Below, piece after piece: positions 39,244 through 47,429 of a stretch of 47,429 bases of DNA. Made by a program: the position numbers and the translations under genes. Within the stretch, counting starts at the first letter, position 1; every line of letters begins with the position of its first letter. The DNA comes from Oculatellaceae cyanobacterium bins.114 (lineage in GTDB: Bacteria; Cyanobacteriota; Cyanobacteriia; Elainellales; Elainellaceae), in the NCBI GenBank assembly GCA_033764315.1, contig JANRJA010000096.1:1-47429 (forward strand), in the 5' to 3' direction. The notes beneath the pieces were generated by a model. That model was not told the DNA's origin, did not search any database, and worked only from the letters and a program-made list of their open reading frames with translations.

Positions 39244-40677
39244 TTACTTTCTATTAAGAATCTTGCTGTAAGCCTTTCGAGGTCCGCCAATTGCGTGAAT
39301 ACTAAGTAAACCTATAAGGAGAAGATAAATTGCTGTTGACACTTCTAAGGTAGTTAAGAAGCTGGGGCTAAACCGATTTAAGCTTAGAAAAACAGGAATC
39401 ATCACAAGGCTGACTAATACCGAAGGCATAAAAATATGCCATAGCCGTAAAGTAAATAATCGATTATAAGTAGCGTACATATATTGATTAAAGGCAATAA
39501 AAGTTGCTCCGAAATCCATCATTGCTGCACCAATTAATTGAAAGTGAGGAATGAGAAATACGCCTATTAACCCTACTATAGAGGTTGTAGTGATAACCTC
39601 TCGTAAGTTAACTCTCTCAAGCCCATTAGCAACTAATACATGACTAAGTGCTCGGTTAAAGGGCATCAGTAAGAGAGAAAAGGCTACGAGCTTAAAGGGC
39701 AAACCAGCTTCAGCAAAATCAGAACCGTAGACAAATACTATTAAATTGTGACCTGTGAACAAAATTCCAATCAGAAATGGTAGAGCAATTAGCATTAAAC
39801 TTCTAATGAATGTTTCAGTAACCTCTCTCTGCTCTTCTTTGCCTTTTTCAACTGCTCTTGACATTGCAGGAAACATCGAGATTGCAAAACTGTTGGCAAC
39901 GATTAAGAATGGCTGAATTAATTGATTAATACCTCCATAAAGACCAACCAAAATCTCACTACTAAGAAGGGAAAGTAGGAATATTTCTAACCTGCTACTG
40001 ATTACAGCAATTCCATCAATGGCTAAAAGGGCTTTAGCTGCTTGAAGAGTTCCCCAGATAAATTTTTTTTCAATTTTCCATTGAGGCTTTACAAACTGAA
40101 CAACTAAAATCCATTCAGCTATAAGAATCAAGGTTTCTGATGCTACAAAGACAAAAGCTAAATAATTAATTCCATAGTTTGAATGAATCAATTTCAGCAT
40201 AATCAGCAGCCTTAAAATATAAACAGGAACTGTTGAAAAAGCGATCAAGTGCATTTTTTCTTGACCTTGGAAAATTGATTCTGTGATATTAGATAATGCG
40301 AAAGGAACGATTGCTAAACCCATAATAATGCAAATATTTGATGTAGCAGCACTATAGGGTAGAAGAAGTATTAAAAATACCAGAAAAATATAGGCAGTCA
40401 AACTCATTAAAAGCTGTAAGAAGCTGCCGCTAACTAAGTAGATAGGAGTTTTTTCAGGGTGGCGAGCCAATTCTCGTGTGAAAAGCGTTTTTAAGCCTTG
40501 AGATGCTAAGGTGACAAATGTAAAATAGTAGCTGAAAGCCAGTAGATATTGACCTAACTCATATGCCCCTAAAAGTCGAGCGATTGATGCAGTTAGCACA
40601 AAGGTTGAAATACTTTGAACCAACCGATTAGTCAGCATTGAAACAGAGTTAATAGCTAATTTTCGCTTTTCTAACAT
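39244..40677 (-). CDS. wzx: Polysaccharide flippase
   Basis: Many TM helices; ARLLGAYELGQY, LFTRELAR, VGLYG and FPAMSR patterns. Confidence 0.88.
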   Translation of the reverse strand: MLEKRKLAINSVSMLTNRLVQSISTFVLTASIARLLGAYELGQYLLAFSYYFTFVTLASQGLKTLFTRELARHPEKTPIYLVSGSFLQLLMSLTAYIFLVFLILLLPYSAATSNICIIMGLAIVPFALSNITESIFQGQEKMHLIAFSTVPVYILRLLIMLKLIHSNYGINYLAFVFVASETLILIAEWILVVQFVKPQWKIEKKFIWGTLQAAKALLAIDGIAVISSRLEIFLLSLLSSEILVGLYGGINQLIQPFLIVANSFAISMFPAMSRAVEKGKEEQREVTETFIRSLMLIALPFLIGILFTGHNLIVFVYGSDFAEAGLPFKLVAFSLLLMPFNRALSHVLVANGLERVNLREVITTTSIVGLIGVFLIPHFQLIGAAMMDFGATFIAFNQYMYATYNRLFTLRLWHIFMPSVLVSLVMIPVFLSLNRFSPSFLTTLEVSTAIYLLLIGLLSIHAIGGPRKAYSKILNRK

Positions 40678-40774
40678 TTAGAGAATTCTCTTGTGAAAAC
40701 AATCGTTTATTTTGACAATAGTAGAATTGAATTAACTGATTTTTTATCCTCCGTTTTTAATGGCGAGCAATGCT

Positions 40775-41722
40775 TTATGAAATAGGTGTCAATTGTTTAA
40801 GATAACGTTTCATCCACGCAAATATGCCTCGGTCAAAAAGTGAAGGAGGAAGCAATGCGTCAATTTGTGCAACCTCTTTAGTAGAGAGAGTCACGGTCAT
40901 AGCTTTGACAGAATCTTCAATGGTGGCAGGTCGGCTTGCCCCTGGGATTGGCAGAATCACAGAAGACTTGGCTCGTAACCAGGCAAGTAAAATGCAATAG
41001 ACTGAGACTCCTTTGGCTTTTGCTAAGTTACTAAGAAGAGATAAATCATCCAGACTTTTGGTACGTCTCACACCTCCTACACCTCCCAAAGGGCTCCAGG
41101 GTAAGAAGGTAATTTTTTCTCGTTCGCAATACCCTAAAATGCCATTGGACTCATTTTTGCGTTGCCAGAGGTTGTATTGATTCTCTACTGCTGTAATATC
41201 AACAATCTCACGAGCCCGTTGCAATTGCTTGAGCGAGATATTAGATACGCCGACACTCCGAATCATGCCTGATGCCAATGCCTCCTGTGCAGGTTTAAGA
41301 GATTCCTCCACGGTATAATTTGGGTCAGGGCGGTGATACATCCACAAATCAATGGGTTTTTTACCACCTAAAGCTTCAAAACTTTTCCGAATTGCTTGCC
41401 GTAAATAGGTCGGATTACCGTTATTGACCAATTCGCCGTTGATGCGTAAACAGCCCCCTCGAGTTGCCACCACAACTTGACTGCTATCTCCCGTATAGGT
41501 GGTTAATGCTTTCCGAATCAGAAGTTCACCATAGTGTTTTTCCGATTCATCGAGGCAGTAGACATCTGCTGTATCAATCAAGGTAATACCAAGATCAAGC
41601 GCACGATGAATCGTGGCGATCGCTTGTTCTTCGGGCGGTCGTCCTCGTTTGCATAAAGAACTGGTACCTAGACCCAATGCACTAACAACTATATCTGTCT
41701 TGCCAAGTTTTACTGTTTTCAC
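40775..41722 (-). CDS. Aldo/keto reductase
   Basis: VSALGLG, IDTADVY, YHRPD, GVSN, ENQYNL, WSPLGG and PIPGA motifs. The catalytic Lys position reads ATRGG. Confidence 0.9.
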   Translation of the reverse strand: MKTVKLGKTDIVVSALGLGTSSLCKRGRPPEEQAIATIHRALDLGITLIDTADVYCLDESEKHYGELLIRKALTTYTGDSSQVVVATRGGCLRINGELVNNGNPTYLRQAIRKSFEALGGKKPIDLWMYHRPDPNYTVEESLKPAQEALASGMIRSVGVSNISLKQLQRAREIVDITAVENQYNLWQRKNESNGILGYCEREKITFLPWSPLGGVGGVRRTKSLDDLSLLSNLAKAKGVSVYCILLAWLRAKSSVILPIPGASRPATIEDSVKAMTVTLSTKEVAQIDALLPPSLFDRGIFAWMKRYLKQLTPIS

Positions 41723-41794
41723 GTTATCTTGCCTCTCTCAAGGCATTTACACATCAACGAACAAGAATTGGTTAACACACTCAATTGCGCTCTA

Positions 41795-43459
41795 TTAGAC
41801 AGCAACAATGGATTTCAATAATGAAGTACCCTCCAAACTTTCTGGAATTGGAGCACCCATCAACGACAGAATAGTAGGTGGCAAATCAATAGTTTCGCAA
41901 TTAGACAGTGTTGTTCCTGGAGCAATGCCAGGTCCCTTCACCATTACAAAACCTCGATTCCAGTGTGATCCTGGACGGAAATAAGGAACAGGTCCAATCC
42001 GTCCAAAATCTGGGCTATCAAACACATCTGTCATTTGTTCATCCCAAATGATCACCAAATCAGCCTCTAATAACTTAGGATCAGCTTCATAAGGTGTCTT
42101 TCGAGTTCGTACAATCTTCTTAACCAGAGGTTTGCCTGTTCTACCATCTGTTAAACGACATAAAACATCACACAGCTCTGTACAAAGTGAATCATATTCA
42201 CTGGCTGCAACGATGCCATTTTTTTCTCGACCTTCTAAGTTAATTCGAATATAACCATCCGTAAAACCTGGTAAAGCAAATGCTTTCATTTGATGCCATA
42301 GAGGTTGGTACCACATAGTTGGCATCCAACCAAAGGCTACCTCTTGTTCCAATAGAGGATAGGGGGAGGATAGTCCATTCTGAGGCGCTTGAAGGAATTC
42401 CTTGGGAATCCAGGGTTTTATGAGTCGTTTTAGTGGGTTAGGCTCATATGTCTTGCTCCACATTTCACCCATCCATGAGTTGCGAATAGGCTTTGTAATC
42501 ATCGGTGGAGGGGTAGTACCACTGTCTCCAGCAGCTAAAGCAACTTTACCAGGAAAGTTGAATCTATAGAGAATTTCTGGAAGAACAACGTGACAGAGCA
42601 ATTCGCTAATGTTAGGTCCCATGCCATTGGGGGAGAAACACATGACGTATGTATCTTCAGGGATTTCTGCCAAAAGTTGACCAATCGCATTATCGATTGC
42701 TTTGTAAGACTTTAGGAGTGGGTCAGGAGATGTACCGTTGTTCGTGAGATAGGGATAGAGAGGATGATCAGGTTGACTGCGATTGTATAGGTCATGTCCT
42801 GCTGCGTGTGGTTCTCCAACTACAGTAAAAAACAGATCCCATGAATCTCGCTTTAGTAAATCTTTACAAATTTCTAAACGACGGCTTGTGCTTTCATCTA
42901 AAGCTTGATCTATCCAGGTAAGATACTTTTTATCCCACCAATGCCCACCATCCTCAAACAGAATCGGATTTTTTCCATATGTTTGAGTAATTTCTGAGAA
43001 TAAATTCTCAGGACGAGAGACGCTATTCACATAGGGGAAATGCCCACCCCAACCAAGGATTTGTAATCCGTGAATTTGATCAGAGAATTGAGCATAAGGA
43101 ACATCAAAGACCGCAACTTTGTAGCGATCGCCCAATGCATAGAAGGGGGGATAGTCTTTGTAATCAAATCCAGAATTAACTAAATCACTAGTAACCGTGT
43201 AATCATCTGGATGGTACTGACAAGCTAACCAATAGCCAGTTTTATCAGCGCGTTGACCTGTAATAAATGCAGGCCAAATTGTGTCATTGGATTTAAGTTC
43301 TTCTAGTTCACCGCAATATCTAACAGTATTGCTCAAATCAGCATAAGCTCCTTGTTCCCACAATTGTTTGAAATGATTCAGGTGCCCCTGAGCAATCCAG
43401 GTCTTCATCAAATGTGGATCGTAGGAATCTAAACCGATAACGACGACTTGCTTATTCAT
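41795..43459 (-). CDS. Alkaline phosphatase superfamily / type I phosphodiesterase-like protein
   Basis: VVIGLD, WPAFITG, HAAGH, IRINLEGRE, GSH and DLPPTIL motifs. Confidence 0.8.
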   Translation of the reverse strand: MNKQVVVIGLDSYDPHLMKTWIAQGHLNHFKQLWEQGAYADLSNTVRYCGELEELKSNDTIWPAFITGQRADKTGYWLACQYHPDDYTVTSDLVNSGFDYKDYPPFYALGDRYKVAVFDVPYAQFSDQIHGLQILGWGGHFPYVNSVSRPENLFSEITQTYGKNPILFEDGGHWWDKKYLTWIDQALDESTSRRLEICKDLLKRDSWDLFFTVVGEPHAAGHDLYNRSQPDHPLYPYLTNNGTSPDPLLKSYKAIDNAIGQLLAEIPEDTYVMCFSPNGMGPNISELLCHVVLPEILYRFNFPGKVALAAGDSGTTPPPMITKPIRNSWMGEMWSKTYEPNPLKRLIKPWIPKEFLQAPQNGLSSPYPLLEQEVAFGWMPTMWYQPLWHQMKAFALPGFTDGYIRINLEGREKNGIVAASEYDSLCTELCDVLCRLTDGRTGKPLVKKIVRTRKTPYEADPKLLEADLVIIWDEQMTDVFDSPDFGRIGPVPYFRPGSHWNRGFVMVKGPGIAPGTTLSNCETIDLPPTILSLMGAPIPESLEGTSLLKSIVAV

Positions 43460-43523
43460 TTACCCTCCAGTTAAAACTAGTCAAATCCAATGCATTTAAT
43501 TTGCTCAAATTGTTTACCTCTCC

Positions 43524-44570
43524 TTAGGGGAGAAGATTCAACAATATGTTGAGCGGATTGAGAACTTGAACTGCTCGATCTAGGAATGCAGAAGTATCGC
43601 TTTTAGGTACGATAATGACGTCTCCCTCCTGCACCTGATAGTTGTCTGTCAGAGTCCTTAGATCAACTCTCTGCTGCTCGATCTGCCCCGATTCATTCAT
43701 CCGTACAAAAGCAACACGGCTCAGTCTGGCATCTTCAGTCGGTCCACCCGCGATCGCTACCGCACTAGAGAGAGAGCTATCAGGGGGAACTTGAACTTCA
43801 CCAGGGTTATTGACTTCTCCAACTACCCGTACCCGCACCGTATCTGGTGCAAAACTAGCCCGCGCAATTAAGCGGCGATCAAGTGTTGTATTTGGATCAA
43901 GACGAGGAACATAGATAGAATCTCCGTCTTGCAAAATCAAATCTTGGGTTGCATTTTCAGAATTAATCGCGTCCCAGAAATTGATAATAACGGGTTGAGA
44001 ATTTCCATCTGGGCTATAACGCCTTAATGCAATTTGACGGACATCTGCCTGCCGTGTAATGCCTCCTGCCTCAATTAAAGCCGCACTCACAGTTGGGGTA
44101 CCCTCAATCGTATTACCGCCAATCGTGAGGTTAGTGGTTGTCAGACTCCGAAGTTGCAAAGGACCAGGACGCTGTACTTCTCCTGCAACCGTTACTGAGA
44201 CTGGACGGAGTACAGAAAGCCCCACTGTAACAACTGGGTTGACCAGAAAAACATTAAGTTGAGTCGTTAGCTCCTGAGCCAGTTGATCGCTTGTCAATCC
44301 TGAAGCTTCAACTCGACCAATCATGGGTAAGGTAATGGTGCCATCAGGAAGAATGACTTTAGCTCCTGTAAACTCTGCATAGTCAAATACTGTGATGTCA
44401 AGTTGATCTCCTGGCCCCAAGATATATTCTGGGCGTCTGCTATCAGACGCAGTTGTCATCGGGGTGTTAGGTGATGTTTGGGCAAGGCTAGGGCTACTCG
44501 TAACTAAACTGAGTGGAAGCAATAAGCTTAGCCAGAAACAAAATTGCTTTGAGTGAATCAGGTTTAGCAT
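43524..44570 (-). CDS. wza: Polysaccharide export protein (Poly_export plus SLBB)
   Basis: YILGPGDQL, DGTITLPMIG, VAGEVQRPG and VVGEVNNPG motifs; likely ATG at 44570. Confidence 0.9.
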   Translation of the reverse strand: MLNLIHSKQFCFWLSLLLPLSLVTSSPSLAQTSPNTPMTTASDSRRPEYILGPGDQLDITVFDYAEFTGAKVILPDGTITLPMIGRVEASGLTSDQLAQELTTQLNVFLVNPVVTVGLSVLRPVSVTVAGEVQRPGPLQLRSLTTTNLTIGGNTIEGTPTVSAALIEAGGITRQADVRQIALRRYSPDGNSQPVIINFWDAINSENATQDLILQDGDSIYVPRLDPNTTLDRRLIARASFAPDTVRVRVVGEVNNPGEVQVPPDSSLSSAVAIAGGPTEDARLSRVAFVRMNESGQIEQQRVDLRTLTDNYQVQEGDVIIVPKSDTSAFLDRAVQVLNPLNILLNLLP

Positions 44571-44604
44571 AACTAAATTTGAGTATTGCCTATGAGCACT
44601 TAAG

Positions 44605-46818
44605 TTAAACGGGATCACTGCGATCATCTTGAGCGGCTTCAACAGAGGCTAAGCTCTGAGATTTGGAAACTGACTCTATTTGGTCACGGGTGTAATAGAA
44701 ATAACTATCAGGCTCGTGCTTGATATCTACTCCATTGACAACCATGCCTAACACCTGCTGGTTTGACTGCATCAAAAATTCTTTAGCTGCATTTGCATTA
44801 GAAAAATTAAGCACTCCAGGACGAACGACTATTAAAACACCATCCACCATCTTTCCTAAAACAGCAGCATCGGCTATTCCCCCTAAAGGCGGCATATCAA
44901 AAATCACGAAATCGTAACTGTCAGCAAAGGTATCTACCAGAGTTGCCATTCGCTTTGAGTCAAGCAGAGCAATTGGGTTGGGTGGAATCACGCCACAGGG
45001 CAACACATGTAGATTGGGGGCTACCTCTTGAACGGTTCCCTCCAGTGAAACTTGATCAATAATCACGTTGCTCAGTCCGGCTGAGTTGGTTAGCTGCCAA
45101 ATGTGATGTTGAGAAGGATGACGCATATCTGCATCGACTAACAACACTCGTCGCCCAACTTGCGCCATTGTTAGGGCTAAATTGGCAGAGACTTCTGACT
45201 TGCCCTCTTGTGGCACAGAACTGGTAATGACAATGGTTCTGAGTTTGTGATCTGACCGCACAAATTTCAGGTTTGCCTGTAACATTTGATAGGCTTCAGC
45301 AATTGGGGACCGTGGAAAATCGTTTGGTACTAGCCTTGGTAGAGAGCGATCGCCTTCTAGCTGAAGATTATTTTTTGTAGTTTTGAAGTTGGGAATAACT
45401 CCTAAAAGGGTAAATCTGAAGAGTTCCTTGGCTTCTTTCAACGTTTTAATGGAGCGATCGGTGAGATCAAGCGCAAAAGCAGCGGTGATGCCTAATAAGC
45501 CTCCAATCACAACTCCTGCCAATAAAATCAATTTACTACGTGAAGCAATAGGATTGGTAGGCACTAAAGCGGGTGAGATCACACGAGCATTACCAATATT
45601 TTGATTTTCTGTCACTTGTACTTCTTGTAGTTGAGTTAAAAGTGTTTCATATGTTGTTTGTGCAGCTTGTAACTGACGTTCTAATTCTCGCTGAGTCGTC
45701 TCTAATCGTGGTAGAACGCTGGCACGTTCTTTATAGTTTGATTGGGCGTTAGTGAGAGTTGTAATGCGCTGCGCCAAACCTTGTCTTTCTGTTTCTAGCG
45801 TGATCAAATTTGAAATTAGACCTTGTTGCAATTCACCAACTTGTAAATCACCCAATGATGTAGATTGGCTTTGTCCAACAATTTGGGCCGTTCGCTCATT
45901 CAATAAGTCATTAAGGGCGTTCACTCGACGTTCTAAGTTTGCGATAGCAGGGTGTCCGGGACGATATCGAGTGCGCTCAACAGCCAGTTGTTGTTGTGCT
46001 TCCTGGAGTTGGGTTAAGACTTCTTGTACACCCTGCGCTTGACTTAAAGCAGCGATCGCAACGGCTTGTTGTGAATTAATACCGATACGGCTACGCAATT
46101 GTTCTAAACGAGCGGTGGTATCTGCAAGCTCAGCTTGAGCTTGGGAAATCTGGTTGTCTAAGTTAGAGATGGTTGCGACAGCAGTATTAGCTTCCTCTTG
46201 AAGGGCAATGACTTGATTTTGTTCTTTAAATTGGCGCAGTGCCTGATCTGCATTTCTAACAGCTGTCTCAGTTCGGGGCAATTGTTGCACGATAAATTCA
46301 CGAGCGGATACTGCTTCGGCGCGATTAGATTGAATATTATTTTTAATATAGACTTCAATAACTTTGTTTACGATGATTGCTGCCATTTCAGGATCATCAG
46401 CTCTGTAAGAAATTTGTAAAATATCCGTTCCAGGAATATCTTTTACAACTAGTTCACTTGCTAAACGATTCGGCTCAATAAAATTACCTTCATCGTCTTT
46501 TAAATCTAACGCTTCGATTGTTGCTTGAAGTACCGGAATAGAACGAACGATCTCTGCTTGAGTGTCGAGGGGACTGGTGCCTTGACCTAATGCTTCCAGT
46601 TGACCAACCCCTTCCCCCAAACCAGTTAAAGACTGAGTGCGATCGCTCCTAAACAACAACTTGCCTTGTGCTTCATACGTCGGTTTTTGTGAAAGCGCAA
46701 CCGTAGACGCAAGAATTACAACAATTCCAAATACTCCTGTAGCTGGTAGCCAACGCCGGTTCAAGACAAGCCAGTACTTCTGTAAGTCTATCTCTTCGTA
46801 ATTATCTTTAGGTTCCAT
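44605..46818 (-). CDS. wzc: Polysaccharide co-polymerase / tyrosine autokinase
   Basis: Two TM helices flanking a coiled coil; Walker A PQEGKS; VDADMR and FDMPP motifs; C-terminal Tyr cluster DSYFYY. Confidence 0.93.
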   Translation of the reverse strand: MEPKDNYEEIDLQKYWLVLNRRWLPATGVFGIVVILASTVALSQKPTYEAQGKLLFRSDRTQSLTGLGEGVGQLEALGQGTSPLDTQAEIVRSIPVLQATIEALDLKDDEGNFIEPNRLASELVVKDIPGTDILQISYRADDPEMAAIIVNKVIEVYIKNNIQSNRAEAVSAREFIVQQLPRTETAVRNADQALRQFKEQNQVIALQEEANTAVATISNLDNQISQAQAELADTTARLEQLRSRIGINSQQAVAIAALSQAQGVQEVLTQLQEAQQQLAVERTRYRPGHPAIANLERRVNALNDLLNERTAQIVGQSQSTSLGDLQVGELQQGLISNLITLETERQGLAQRITTLTNAQSNYKERASVLPRLETTQRELERQLQAAQTTYETLLTQLQEVQVTENQNIGNARVISPALVPTNPIASRSKLILLAGVVIGGLLGITAAFALDLTDRSIKTLKEAKELFRFTLLGVIPNFKTTKNNLQLEGDRSLPRLVPNDFPRSPIAEAYQMLQANLKFVRSDHKLRTIVITSSVPQEGKSEVSANLALTMAQVGRRVLLVDADMRHPSQHHIWQLTNSAGLSNVIIDQVSLEGTVQEVAPNLHVLPCGVIPPNPIALLDSKRMATLVDTFADSYDFVIFDMPPLGGIADAAVLGKMVDGVLIVVRPGVLNFSNANAAKEFLMQSNQQVLGMVVNGVDIKHEPDSYFYYTRDQIESVSKSQSLASVEAAQDDRSDPV

Positions 46819-47294
46819 ACGGGAACAATCTCAATTTGAGAACAGGATAGAAATAGGTATTCTTTGAAAGCAGCGTTCCCTATAAAAGGTGACACTGAAC
46901 TGTAAGCAGATTAATAGAAGCTTATTAGAGAAATTGACAAACTAATGTAAAACAGACCTATAAAACGGCATTAAAGCAGGATAAATAGGCTACAAACTAG
47001 GCTACCCTCCCTAAATTTGATAAGTAGCTAGCATTAGATACTTTGATGCACTCCAAGTACCATTTAATACCATGAATATCATAACGTCATCCTCATGATG
47101 CAAATTTCACTGCCTCTTTAGCATTTGCCATGAAGATATGAGCTTCTAGTAAAGATTAATACCAGTCTAGAGAATGAATTAATAACGCCTATAGAAGAGG
47201 TTCAGATAGGAATTCATTGGAGCACTGACCCTAATTCAGGTTCACTAACCCAAGGAGAATGCCTTTCATTGCTAGCCAATACAACCCCCTTTAT

Positions 47295-47429
47295 AGAGTC
47301 CATTTGACATCTTTATAATGGAGGGTGAAAGCATCTACCCCCTTGACTTCAGTTGCTATGGCATATTCCAGCAGTCTCACCGATGCAGAATGGGAAATTC
47401 TTGAACCCCTGTTGCCTCAGATATTACCG
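47295..47429 (+). mobile_element. Left end of an IS5-family element; the transposase (ATG 47358) runs off the window
   Basis: MAYSSSLTDAEWEILEPLLPQILP is a typical IS5-family N-terminus. The probable end is AGAGTCCATTTGACATC near 47295; the partner IR is not visible. Confidence 0.8.

Noticed and set aside
1718-46419. Numerous short ORFs overlapping the main genes
   Set aside because: They are antisense or alternate-frame shadows of well-supported genes with no recognisable motifs.
47021-47031. TAAGTAGCTAG matching the IS630 end
   Set aside because: Only 11 bp match and similarity stops; no partner end or transposase remnant was found.
24771-47429. EPS cluster as a composite transposon
   Set aside because: The flanking elements belong to different families (IS630 and IS5) with unrelated ends.

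Overview
Cyanobacterial chromosomal window: the HIP1 octamer GCGATCGC is frequent. It has five blocks. (1) 137-3748: an RHS/YD-repeat remnant, ktrA-ktrB K+ uptake genes and folP. (2) 3989-17441: a HIP1-rich signalling cluster with three hybrid His kinases, a stand-alone receiver, a REC-adenylate cyclase and an orphan HisKA_3 kinase whose expected NarL partner is replaced by a truncated DUF4926/DUF2281-like remnant. (3) About 17.7-24.8 kb: an AT-rich, HIP1-free island. It holds a trypsin-protease-TM-FHA gene broken by one in-frame TAG, a membrane Ser/Thr kinase with a 6x27-bp repeat tail and a secreted COP23-PPC protein. A TIR-4TM gene is transcribed divergently behind a canonical NtcA-type promoter. 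(4) 24771-25854: a decayed IS630 with terminal IRs and a TA duplication. (5) 26192-46818 (minus strand): a Wzx/Wzy exopolysaccharide cluster (wzc, wza, wzx, wzy, four glycosyltransferases) with unusual tailoring genes and two duplicated beta-helix/RTX proteins; the duplication breakpoint lies on a HIP1 site. An IS5-family element starts at the right edge. The best candidates for undescribed systems are the protease-FHA/kinase/COP23/TIR island and the EPS tailoring module. All family assignments come from motifs recognised by eye, not from database searches.
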